From a virus (Duplodnaviria > Heunggongvirae > Uroviricota > Caudoviricetes), in the IMG/VR virus record IMGVR_UViG_3300035682_000012, positions 70,073-95,201 of that record: a stretch of 25,129 nucleotides of DNA; one strand, given 5' to 3'. The translations under genes and the position numbers were made by a program. Below are positions 1 to 6,922 of the stretch, piece by piece (position 1 is the stretch's first letter; each line of letters begins with the position of its first letter). The notes under the pieces are model-generated. The model was not told the DNA's origin and ran no database searches. It worked only from the letters and a program-made list of their open reading frames with translations.

Positions 1-299
1 GAATCACCTTTACGCGAAAACTTTACAGGAATGTTTTTGTTTGTAAGAATGTTCACAAAGTTAGCAATTGCTCTCCTATGTGCATTCAACTTAATAAGGT
101 CAGCAGTACTGCTTTCTACCTTATTGTACTCTTTTGGTTTCCAAGTATCACCACCCCAATATGTAGTAGGTGTGTCATAGGAACTCCATTCATCAGCCCA
201 AAATGAACTCGCTGATTTTTTCTCTTTCTTTTTACTAGTGTACGAACCTTTAGTTAAATAATCTAAAGTACCCGTCTTAAAACTGTCATACCAACTCAT
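1..299 (-). CDS. 5' part of a phage protein running off the window edge; possibly the N-terminus of a metallopeptidase/vWA-type protein
   Basis: Hand-translated open frame from ATG at 299: MSWYDSFKTGTLDYLTKGSYTSKKREKSASSFWADEW...DLIKLNAHRRAIANFVNILTNKNIPVKFSRKGD, no stop before position 1. The family guess rests on recollection of the RRAIANFVxIxTxKxIPVKF segment. Confidence 0.6.
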   Translation of the reverse strand, partial: MSWYDSFKTGTLDYLTKGSYTSKKKEKKSASSFWADEWSSYDTPTTYWGGDTWKPKEYNKVESSTADLIKLNAHRRAIANFVNILTNKNIPVKFSRKGD

Positions 300-334
300 A
301 CTCTTTAAGTTTATATGTGAATAAATATTGTTAG

Positions 335-381
335 AAGATAGTAGGGGAATCGAACCCCTACCATGTTTCCAAAACTATCTT
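335..381 (-). ncRNA. Miniature tRNA-like element: acceptor stem plus T-arm, with no D or anticodon arm
   Basis: Minus strand reads A-AGATAGT-TTTGGAAACATGGT-AGGGG-TTCGATT-CCCCT-ACTATCT-T-CTA. This gives a perfect 7(8)-bp acceptor-like stem, a 5-bp T stem, a canonical TTCGATT loop and a 14-nt linker. Confidence 0.55.
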
Positions 382-395
382 AGTTTATCTGCGAA

Positions 396-566
396 TTAAG
401 CAGAAATCTTAGCTCTACTAGCTAATTGTTGTAATCTTTGAGAATAGTACAACGCTCTACTTGTGTAGTAAGTACGCTTTTGCTCACTACTTGTAGTGTT
501 TGCATTTGTTAAAGCTTCTGTCAATTGATTCGTGATAAATTCGAACTTTGATTTTAAAGTAACCAT
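396..566 (-). CDS. Small hypothetical protein, 56 aa (not in the ORF track)
   Basis: MVTLKSKFEFITNQLTEALTNANTTSSEQKRTYYTSRALYYSQRLQQLASRAKISA*. A-rich leader (AAAACACAAAATG), same strand as neighbours. Confidence 0.65.
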   Translation of the reverse strand: MVTLKSKFEFITNQLTEALTNANTTSSEQKRTYYTSRALYYSQRLQQLASRAKISA

Positions 567-618
567 TTTGTGTTTTCCAGTTTTTTATGTGGTGGCTCCA
601 CGTTTATTAAAAAAATCT

Positions 619-864
619 TTAATTGCTTTTCATACCTTTACATACCCCATATCCTTGTCTTTGTGATAATCTATATAATCGTGCAGCATCTGCAGCAGGC
701 ATAATTTGTATTTCGTTACCCGTCTTATGATTTGCTATTGCAACCCCACCAACTTTTTCTACCGAACTACAATTGATACAATTTCGATATCCGTATTTTT
801 CATATCTAAGTTGCGGCATATCGTTTTTACATTTAATACATTTAATCATTAATAACTTACCCAT
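619..864 (-). CDS. C4 zinc-finger protein, DksA/TraR-like finger
   Basis: CIKC...MPQLR...GYRNCINCS pattern. Start moved from 918 to ATG 864 (or 849) because a promoter occupies 888-919 and 864 has an A-rich leader. Confidence 0.6.
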   Translation of the reverse strand: MGKLLMIKCIKCKNDMPQLRYEKYGYRNCINCSSVEKVGGVAIANHKTGNEIQIMPAADAARLYRLSQRQGYGVCKGMKSN

Positions 865-887
865 AATTATTATTGTTTGATGAAACA

Positions 888-919
888 TAAAGATACGATA
901 AATATCTGAAACCGCCAAA
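888..919 (-). promoter_or_regulatory. Bacteroidota-type housekeeping promoter (-33 TTTG / -7 TAnnTTTA)
   Basis: Minus strand TTTG-GCGGTTTCAGATATTTATCG-TATCTTTA, 20-nt spacer, matching the Bacteroidota TTTG-N19-21-TAnnTTTG consensus. Confidence 0.7.
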
Positions 920-944
920 CATTTTGGAAAGTATTTTGTAAGGT

Positions 945-1014
945 ACTGATATTCAGTTAGTTACACATTAGCGTTTATTCTAATATAGATAAGTCATTGA
1001 TTATCAATTAGTTA
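945..1014. repeat. Two copies of a palindrome-containing 19-bp motif
   Basis: ACTGATATTCAGTTAGTTA (945-963) and ATTGATTATCAATTAGTTA (996-1014); 15/19 identical, starts 51 bp apart, each with a TGATnnTCA-centred inverted repeat. Confidence 0.55.
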
Positions 1015-1449
1015 GGTAAATTGGTGTATTTCGTTGTATCTATTCAATATAGACCTAATGTTTTCAGCACCTACCGGATTTGCTGAATGTATTAAATATG
1101 TAGGCATTGGTAAACCATTTTCACTACAATATTCAATTAACCATTTTGCACAATCATATCCCGTTTTTTCTTTGAAATCTGCTTTTAATGGGTCAGGTGG
1201 ATTTTCTCTACCACCATTATCAAAATAGTAGTTTATATGTTCCTCACCTAAATCGTGGTCAAACGATACAATATTAGGGAGGCCATTAAGTGCGATTGTT
1301 CCTATAAATTCACCATAAGACCTAACTACTTTCCATTTTAAATCTTTATACCTACTATCACCACTTTTTTTAAAGGATGCTTTAGGTTCTCTAATATCAT
1401 CTAAATATAAATTGTAACTCTCTTGCATATCACGTTTCCATTTAATCAT
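1012..1449 (-). CDS. Cyclic-phosphate processing receiver (Rec-like) domain protein
   Basis: Motifs LYLDDIREP, VVRSYGEF, SFDHDLG, KTGYDCAKWL and HSANPVGAENI are characteristic of this phage-common family. Confidence 0.7.
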   Translation of the reverse strand: MIKWKRDMQESYNLYLDDIREPKASFKKSGDSRYKDLKWKVVRSYGEFIGTIALNGLPNIVSFDHDLGEEHINYYFDNGGRENPPDPLKADFKEKTGYDCAKWLIEYCSENGLPMPTYLIHSANPVGAENIRSILNRYNEIHQFT

Positions 1450-1466
1450 TGGTTACCCCCATAAAT

Positions 1467-1495
1467 AAAAAAGGGGATAATTTCTTATCCCCTTT
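1467..1495 (-). terminator. Intrinsic terminator
   Basis: Minus strand AAAGGGGATAA-GAAA-TTATCCCCTTT followed by further Ts, directly after the stop of the 1503-1661 ORF. Confidence 0.8.
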
Positions 1496-1502
1496 ATATA
1501 AA

Positions 1503-1661
1503 TTACTTAGTAGTAATTGTAGAATCTACTTTTGTAGAATCCGTAACTACTGATGTTGAATCGGTTTGAACTGACGTTGAATCCGTTTTCACTTCTGTTG
1601 TTGTTGCTCCACCACATGCTGTTAAAGATGCGATAGCAACAATTGCTAACATTTTTTTCAT
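1503..1661 (-). CDS. Small lipoprotein, 52 aa, with four DST repeats (not in the ORF track)
   Basis: MKKMLAIVAIASLTAC-GGATTTEVKTDSTSVQTDSTSVVTDSTKVDSTITTK*. Lipobox LTAC, own promoter (1701-1732) and terminator. Confidence 0.8.
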   Translation of the reverse strand: MKKMLAIVAIASLTACGGATTTEVKTDSTSVQTDSTSVVTDSTKVDSTITTK

Positions 1662-1700
1662 TTGTTTTGTTTTTGTTATTGTTATTTAATGTTTATATGT

Positions 1701-1732
1701 CTAAGATACTTAATATATTCGAAACTACCAAA
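1701..1732 (-). promoter_or_regulatory. Bacteroidota-type promoter
   Basis: TTTG-GTAGTTTCGAATATATTAAG-TATCTTAG, 20-nt spacer. Confidence 0.65.
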
Positions 1733-1981
1733 TTATTTGGTTGTTTTCTTTTTTGCACTAGTTGTAGGTACTTTAGCCGTTGCTTTTTTAACTTTAGCCT
1801 CAACTTCAGCTACTTTAACTTCAGCTACTTTTTTAACGTTTTTAACTTTGTTCAAATCGCTTCTTAAATTAGTTGCGGTATCTGGTGCTACTTTAGCTAC
1901 GTCTGATACAAATGAATCTACTTGTTTTTCTAATTCGGTTGCTTTTGCAAACAATCCTTTAATGAATGTAAATAATCCCAT
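1733..1981 (-). CDS. Small K/V/A-rich hypothetical protein with a histone-like basic tail
   Basis: C-terminal VKKVAEVKVAEVEAKVKKATAKVPTTSAKKKTTK; A-rich leader and two upstream promoter-like motifs. Confidence 0.65.
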   Translation of the reverse strand: MGLFTFIKGLFAKATELEKQVDSFVSDVAKVAPDTATNLRSDLNKVKNVKKVAEVKVAEVEAKVKKATAKVPTTSAKKKTTK

Positions 1982-2000
1982 AATTTTTGTTTTGTTTAAT

Positions 2001-2045
2001 TATAAATATATCTTAAAGATACGAAAGGTTTATTGATTTTCCAAA
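2001..2045 (-). promoter_or_regulatory. Tandem host-type promoter plus ATATTTATA motif
   Basis: TTTG-GAAAATCAATAAACCTTTCG-TATCTTTA (2014-2045) followed by ATATTTATA (2001-2009). Confidence 0.65.
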
Positions 2046-2347
2046 TATTTTAACCCAAAAAATGCGTAATTATCGATAACTGATTGACGCTCACCCATTT
2101 GTATAGCTATTTCCTCACTAGAAACAATGGCATCAACGGGACATTCCGGTAAACAAGCACTACAATCTATACATTCTATTGGATTTATGTATAATTGTTT
2201 ACCTTTCTTATCCTCATCACTCATTCCAATCGATTCTAATCCCATTCCTGTCGTATTTATCGGTCCATGTATACAATCCATAGGACAAACTTTTAAACAC
2301 CCACCATCGATACAACTGATACAACTAGACGTAATTATAAAACTCAT
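2030..2347 (-). CDS. fdxA: 7Fe (3Fe-4S/4Fe-4S) dicluster ferredoxin
   Basis: CISCIDGGCLKVCPMDCI (Cx2Cx4Cx3CP) and YINPIECIDCSACLPECPVDAI (Cx2Cx2Cx3CP). Confidence 0.85.
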   Translation of the reverse strand: MSFIITSSCISCIDGGCLKVCPMDCIHGPINTTGMGLESIGMSDEDKKGKQLYINPIECIDCSACLPECPVDAIVSSEEIAIQMGERQSVIDNYAFFGLKYLENQ

Positions 2348-2706
2348 AATATATCACCTTTGTATATTCTATAACTATCTGAATCAAAATGTTCCGTACT
2401 TACTTCAAATACTTCACCATCTTCTAATGCTATCAATTGATGTGGTTGTCCTGGATATTGAGTAACTACATCTCCTACCTTTAAAGTAGTTTCTTCGGTA
2501 ATCCCTCGTTCAGTATCTATCCATTTGTAAATAAAACTACCTTTGTTTACATACCAAGTTTCTTGTTTCAACATATGATAATGCATAGAGAACTTACATC
2601 CTTCTTTAAACACTAATACTTTTCCACAATATTTTTCATCATTGTAGATTATTAATTCATGTCCCCAACCTTTTGGTATTTTACAACACTCCGTTACCTT
2701 TGCCAT
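2344..2706 (-). CDS. Cupin-fold protein, sugar-phosphate isomerase-like
   Basis: KGWGHE, SMHYHMLKQETWYV cupin motif 1 and PGQPHQL motif 2; coupled to an RfaE-like gene. Confidence 0.8.
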   Translation of the reverse strand: MAKVTECCKIPKGWGHELIIYNDEKYCGKVLVFKEGCKFSMHYHMLKQETWYVNKGSFIYKWIDTERGITEETTLKVGDVVTQYPGQPHQLIALEDGEVFEVSTEHFDSDSYRIYKGDIL

Positions 2707-3097
2707 TATATAATTGATTTATAACATTAGTAGAACTGAATCCTTCCATTTTAGGAAAATATACAATTTCACCAACATATTCACTTCCTATAATTTTTTT
2801 ACCTTTGTATTCCTCACCTATAACCATTATTGCAGGTCTCATGGTTTTGATAAGTGTTTCTAATTGCTCATCTGAATCAAATGCTACAACTCTATCTACA
2901 TATCTAATAGCCTCTAATAGTGTAATTCTACTTACTAAATTATTTATAGGTCTTTGTTCACCTTTTAATTCTTTAACTCGTTTATCACCATCAAGTCCTA
3001 CGATTAGGAAATCGCCTAAGTCGGCTGCTTTCTTTAAGAGCTGAACATGTCCTAAATGGACTATATCAAATGTTCCGTTTACCCAAACTTTTATCAT
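2681..3097 (-). CDS. Cytidylyltransferase-family nucleotidyltransferase, RfaE/HldE domain II-like
   Basis: NGTFDIVHLGH (HxGH), LIVGLDGDKRVKELKGEQRPIN, KMEGFSSTNVI. Confidence 0.85.
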   Translation of the reverse strand: MIKVWVNGTFDIVHLGHVQLLKKAADLGDFLIVGLDGDKRVKELKGEQRPINNLVSRITLLEAIRYVDRVVAFDSDEQLETLIKTMRPAIMVIGEEYKGKKIIGSEYVGEIVYFPKMEGFSSTNVINQLYNGKGNGVL

Positions 3098-3462
3098 ATT
3101 GTAATATTCCCAAAGCCTTCATCTCTTTTTACTGAGATTCCAATTGCTCTACTTACATCCGGTGTTAGTTTTTCACTATTATTAATTAAGTATCGTTCTT
3201 GTCTACCAATACCCATTAATAATTGATGATAACGAATACCAGCGGTTATCATTTGCATTTTAGTTATCAATTCTAAATCCCAAGGACGAGCCGTAGTTAA
3301 TACAATGTGATGGCCGGCTTCATACCATTCATTCATTTTTTCACTAACACCCGGTAGTACAGTCACTACATTTGGGTCTAAATCTTCAAATCTAACTTGC
3401 TCTATTAAAGTACCATCTATATCAGAAAAGATGGTTTTATAATTATTATCAGTCTTCACCAT
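3094..3462 (-). CDS. HAD-superfamily phosphatase (capless)
   Basis: IFSDIDGTL (motif I DxDGT) and IVLTTARP (motif II). Confidence 0.75.
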   Translation of the reverse strand: MVKTDNNYKTIFSDIDGTLIEQVRFEDLDPNVVTVLPGVSEKMNEWYEAGHHIVLTTARPWDLELITKMQMITAGIRYHQLLMGIGRQERYLINNSEKLTPDVSRAIGISVKRDEGFGNITI

Positions 3463-3688
3463 ATAATGAGAATGTTTTTATTGGTTCATCGTATTCTTTA
3501 ACTTCAAACACACTAACTGTCCCATCTCTTGCATCTATAAAATATTGTGTATCACCATTAACTTGATAATACGCTTCTAATGCATCGGTAAGTGATGGAT
3601 AAATTGTTGTTTTTCTATCTGCAAATACCCATCTATCTCCAGGTGCAATTCTTTTAAGAACTACTATCGGGTTTGTTTCAGTTGCCAT
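3449..3688 (-). CDS. Hypothetical protein
   Basis: 79-aa ORF packed in the operon with overlapping ends. Confidence 0.65.
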   Translation of the reverse strand: MATETNPIVVLKRIAPGDRWVFADRKTTIYPSLTDALEAYYQVNGDTQYFIDARDGTVSVFEVKEYDEPIKTFSLYGED

Positions 3689-3690
3689 AA

Positions 3691-3918
3691 TTATTCAGCG
3701 TTTACTACTTCAATAATTTTACTTTCTTTAGCACCGGTTACTTCATAATCAACGTTAATCGCTGAATCTACGAATAATTTAACTACTCTAGCTTCTGCTT
3801 CGGTTACACTCATTGCATCTACTAAATAGTTTTCTTTTGTTTTCTTAATTTTAGATACACCTTTACCATTATCTACTTCGTGGTGCATCGTTACTTGTAC
3901 TTCATAATACTTTGCCAT
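3691..3918 (-). CDS. DUF4494-like protein (Bacteroidota)
   Basis: KKTKENYLVDAMSVTEAEARV matches the remembered family motif YLVDAxSxTEAEAR. Confidence 0.7.
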   Translation of the reverse strand: MAKYYEVQVTMHHEVDNGKGVSKIKKTKENYLVDAMSVTEAEARVVKLFVDSAINVDYEVTGAKESKIIEVVNAE

Positions 3919-3946
3919 AACTTTTATTTTTAGTTTGTTTATAAAT

Positions 3947-3978
3947 TAAAGATACATTAAATTTCTGAATCTTCCAAA
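3947..3978 (-). promoter_or_regulatory. Bacteroidota-type promoter
   Basis: TTTG-GAAGATTCAGAAATTTAATG-TATCTTTA, 20-nt spacer, embedded in the 3' end of the upstream gene. Confidence 0.7.
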
Positions 3979-4583
3979 TCTTCTTCTATATTTTCTTCTT
4001 CATCCTCATCACCCACTATACCCTGCTCCACATATTGACCATCTTTTGGTATTTTTCTTTTACCTATTAGTAGAAAGAAACAATTATAACATAGAAATCT
4101 TAGATTTTCTAATTTATGGTTCTGCCAATTACCATCAAAGAAATCTAATAATAGGGGTGCTTTACCATCCGTTACTCTTACTTCCTCAAACCCACAACAG
4201 CTACATTGTTCAGGAAACACATCATTTTTAATCAATCTCCTCTTTAGCTTATAGATAGGATAGTTCGGATGCATACCTTGTAGAATCTCACTTAAAGGGT
4301 ATTTACCAACCGTCAGCTTTAATCTACGTTCAATAGGAACATTCGTAGGGTTATAATCAATTTCAAATATACCATACATCTTTGCATATTTTTTATATGT
4401 GTTGTATGATACACCCAATGTCCTTGCCGTATCTTTTGCCGAACGAGACCTACCTTGTGCTTCCGTAATTTCGGCTGCTAATAATTGTCTACTACCTAAT
4501 CCTCTTTTTAATGTTCCCCTAGATGAGTTATCTACTTTTTTATATGTTTCATCTAAATTGGGAAAGAAACCTTCATTTTCCAT
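3957..4583 (-). CDS. HTH plus degenerate HNH/zinc-finger protein
   Basis: HTH-like SAKDTARTLGVSYNTYKKYA; CSCC...LLLDFFDGNWQNHKLENLRFLCYNCF; acidic tail. Confidence 0.7.
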   Translation of the reverse strand: MENEGFFPNLDETYKKVDNSSRGTLKRGLGSRQLLAAEITEAQGRSRSAKDTARTLGVSYNTYKKYAKMYGIFEIDYNPTNVPIERRLKLTVGKYPLSEILQGMHPNYPIYKLKRRLIKNDVFPEQCSCCGFEEVRVTDGKAPLLLDFFDGNWQNHKLENLRFLCYNCFFLLIGKRKIPKDGQYVEQGIVGDEDEEENIEEDLEDSEI

Positions 4584-4587
4584 AAAC

Positions 4588-5226
4588 TTATTTAAACTTC
4601 AACCCAGTCAATTTTTCTATATCAACTAATTCAACTTTGTTATTATATATTCCATCGGGTTTAGATTGGTCATTCTCAAATAAGAAAGCCATCCATTCAT
4701 TTGATTTTTTATAGTAAACCACTTTCCAACATTGTTTTGGAACTGATACTTTACCTATCTTTTTTATCTCTCCCACATTACCTGCCCATATATGAACCGA
4801 ATCATCTTTCACTGCCCACTCTCTAGTCATTACTTCTAATGATTTCCAATCTCCTGCATTTAGTCTATGTGTTTGTGCCGACATATTACTCATATAGAAC
4901 GATTCAATTTGAACACCTGCCGTTTGACATTGATTGGATGCTGCAGGACTCATATGTCCTCTATCATATCCACTACCTACATAGTCTGCTTTAATATCGG
5001 TTTCAAGTATTGCTTGTGGGTCTGGCTGAAATGCATCTCTTCTAGGTAATGGATTTGGACAACCAACTTTTGCTTTAGTTTCCCACCACTCTACCATTAC
5101 TGGATATTTTTTTGACTTACTAAAATGTGATGTATAGTTTGTATGTTTCAAAATAACTACATCTTGTGCTCTACCACCTATTGCAAAAAATACACAAATC
5201 GTAACAAGTAATACTAATTTTTTCAT
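4588..5226 (-). CDS. Secreted DNA/RNA non-specific endonuclease (NucA/Serratia family)
   Basis: Signal peptide MKKLVLLVTICVFFAIGGRA-Q; GYDRGHMSPAAS, SFYMSNMSAQ, LNAGDW. Confidence 0.9.
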   Translation of the reverse strand: MKKLVLLVTICVFFAIGGRAQDVVILKHTNYTSHFSKSKKYPVMVEWWETKAKVGCPNPLPRRDAFQPDPQAILETDIKADYVGSGYDRGHMSPAASNQCQTAGVQIESFYMSNMSAQTHRLNAGDWKSLEVMTREWAVKDDSVHIWAGNVGEIKKIGKVSVPKQCWKVVYYKKSNEWMAFLFENDQSKPDGIYNNKVELVDIEKLTGLKFK

Positions 5227-5229
5227 ACA

Positions 5230-5238
5230 TATAAATAT
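5230..5238 (-). promoter_or_regulatory. ATATTTATA motif, putative phage-specific (late?) promoter
   Basis: Same 9-mer at 2001-2009, 5230-5238, 10303-10311, 12204-12212 and 23011-23019, always intergenic and just 5' of a minus-strand start. Confidence 0.55.
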
Positions 5239-5248
5239 ATACGAATAT

Positions 5249-5280
5249 AAAAAACCCCCACTTTTAAGGTGAGGGTGTTT
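5249..5280 (-). terminator. Intrinsic terminator
   Basis: AAACACCCTCAC-CTTAAAA-GTGGGGGTTTTTT immediately after the 5283 stop. Confidence 0.75.
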
Positions 5281-5282
5281 TA

Positions 5283-5465
5283 TTAGTTTGAACTTTTAGT
5301 TTCTTCTACCGAAGCTTGTCTATAATCAGTTACTAATTTCTTTAAGTCACCGATTGCAGTTCTTGCATTCTTTTGAGATACTTTTGTTGTCTTGTTGTGT
5401 TCTTCTTCAAATTTTAGAAACAATGATTTGATTGCTTCAAAAATTTCTTCTTTTTTACTTGCCAT
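5283..5465 (-). CDS. Histone H1-like (Hc1-type) small protein
   Basis: KVSQKNARTAIGDLKKLVTDYRQASVE resembles the Bacteroidota/Chlamydia Hc1 core (KAAxxRARKAxxxLxKxxxxxRKxS). Confidence 0.6.
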   Translation of the reverse strand: MASKKEEIFEAIKSLFLKFEEEHNKTTKVSQKNARTAIGDLKKLVTDYRQASVEETKSSN

Positions 5466-5483
5466 AATTTTTGGTTTTGTTTA

Positions 5484-5789
5484 TTAATTGTTTTTAATAT
5501 CCCAATACACCTGTCTAACCTTAGCTCCTAATTCAGCATCGTTGGGTGTATCTAAAATTGTTCTACTATTTATTGTAATAAGATTTCTATCTTCACCTAA
5601 ATAACATTCTCTACATAATTGTCCTGCTCCATCTACATAACCATATCTAAAATCTACATGTGTTGATTTTAATATTGTAGTTTCTTTACTACACATTATA
5701 CAATCTTCGTATAATTTATGAACTGAATCATAACTGCCACCCATATCTGTTCCTACTGAATTTTGCGTTTCCATATTATTCTGTTTCAT
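5484..5789 (-). CDS. Hypothetical protein with two CxxC motifs
   Basis: CIMC...RYGYVDGAGQLCRECY. Confidence 0.7.
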   Translation of the reverse strand: MKQNNMETQNSVGTDMGGSYDSVHKLYEDCIMCSKETTILKSTHVDFRYGYVDGAGQLCRECYLGEDRNLITINSRTILDTPNDAELGAKVRQVYWDIKNN

Positions 5790-6093
5790 TTGTTAAAAAA
5801 TCATTGAATTGTTTTGCTGCTTTTGGATTTACTTCCTCTAAATTTTGTAAACTTATTTCATATCTACCTAATGTATTATTGGAAATAAATGCCTCATCAT
5901 GTAATGAATCAATTAAATTTGTTAATGAATCGATATATTTTGCTTTTTCAATATCACCACCTTCTAAAAAACCAGGTGATATTGTATTTAATTCATTCTT
6001 TAATTTTTCATTTTGTTCTCTATATCCATAGACGGTATATAGTAATGCTAATAATGTTCCTGCTGTCAATAATGGTCCAAAGAATTTTTTCAT
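5776..6093 (-). CDS. Hypothetical membrane-anchored protein
   Basis: N-terminal hydrophobic stretch followed by a coiled-coil-like segment. Confidence 0.65.
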   Translation of the reverse strand: MKKFFGPLLTAGTLLALLYTVYGYREQNEKLKNELNTISPGFLEGGDIEKAKYIDSLTNLIDSLHDEAFISNNTLGRYEISLQNLEEVNPKAAKQFNDFLTNETE

Positions 6094-6094
6094 A

Positions 6095-6238
6095 TTATTT
6101 CTGTTTACGTTTAAATAAATCTTTTAATTTTTTTGCGGGCATAATTATATTTTCATTTTGGTCTACTAATGGTGCTCTCCAAATTTCGAAAGCCATCCAT
6201 AAACCTGTTCCTATTATACCTATTGCGAAATATTCCAT
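6095..6238 (-). CDS. Small single-TM protein, 47 aa (not in the ORF track)
   Basis: MEYFAIGIIGTGLWMAFEIWRAPLVDQNENIIMPAKKLKDLFKRKQK*; fills the gap between neighbours exactly. Confidence 0.65.
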   Translation of the reverse strand: MEYFAIGIIGTGLWMAFEIWRAPLVDQNENIIMPAKKLKDLFKRKQK

Positions 6239-6240
6239 AA

Positions 6241-6540
6241 TTATATTTTAGATTTCCAAAATTGATACCATTTTTTCTTTGGTGGTGGTTGACATAAACT
6301 AAATGGATTATCTCCAAACGATACCGAATCCAAATACTTTGTTGATATCATATTTAAAAATACCTCGTGATATTTTGCAGGTATAGTATCAAAGTCTGCT
6401 TCAATTTTTATATCTAATTGAATCGAACCATCATTTGGTGTAATTAACTTTAAAATATTTTGTACACTTACTATACTAGCAGTTTTAATATTAATATTAC
6501 TACCACCACCTAAATAAATGTCCGTTTCTTTTTTTGCCAT
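6241..6540 (-). CDS. Hypothetical protein
   Basis: 99-aa ORF with its own promoter; ends KKKWYQFWKSKI. Confidence 0.7.
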   Translation of the reverse strand: MAKKETDIYLGGGSNINIKTASIVSVQNILKLITPNDGSIQLDIKIEADFDTIPAKYHEVFLNMISTKYLDSVSFGDNPFSLCQPPPKKKWYQFWKSKI

Positions 6541-6556
6541 AATTATTAATTATACT

Positions 6557-6588
6557 TAAAGATACTACTAAGTTTTGTTATTTCCAAA
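6557..6588 (-). promoter_or_regulatory. Bacteroidota-type promoter
   Basis: TTTG-GAAATAACAAAACTTAGTAG-TATCTTTA, 20-nt spacer. Confidence 0.7.
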
Positions 6589-6922
6589 AAATACTTACTA
6601 AAATTATAGATACCGCTAACGCACACTGCACCAATACTTTGAGTGTAAATGGTTGATTGAAATGATATGGATATAGTATAATACCCACAAATACTCCCGT
6701 AACAAAGAATAAAAATCTATTACTCCACATACTACCAGCAAATCCAGCTACACCATATTCGGATGCTTTAATCCAAAGGAAAGTACATACTACTGCTAAT
6801 AGATACGGTATTGGTGATTTAATCCAATTTGGTGTTTTAAATTGCCAATACATAATGTACCAATGTCCAAATCCACCTGCCGTAAATAACAGAAATGATT
6901 GTAAAATTTTAACTAAGTTCAT
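6578..6922 (-). CDS. Four-TM membrane protein, possibly SMR/DMT-like
   Basis: Four hydrophobic segments in 114 aa. Confidence 0.65.
   Translation of the reverse strand: MNLVKILQSFLLFTAGGFGHWYIMYWQFKTPNWIKSPIPYLLAVVCTFLWIKASEYGVAGFAGSMWSNRFLFFVTGVFVGIILYPYHFNQPFTLKVLVQCALAVSIILVSIFWK

Noticed and set aside
335-420. Full-length tRNA or tmRNA
   Set aside because: No D or anticodon arm can be folded, and no alternative 5' acceptor strand was found 70-350 nt upstream.
3957-4583. Active homing endonuclease or mobile intron
   Set aside because: The catalytic His residues are missing and no interrupted host gene or intron structure flanks it.
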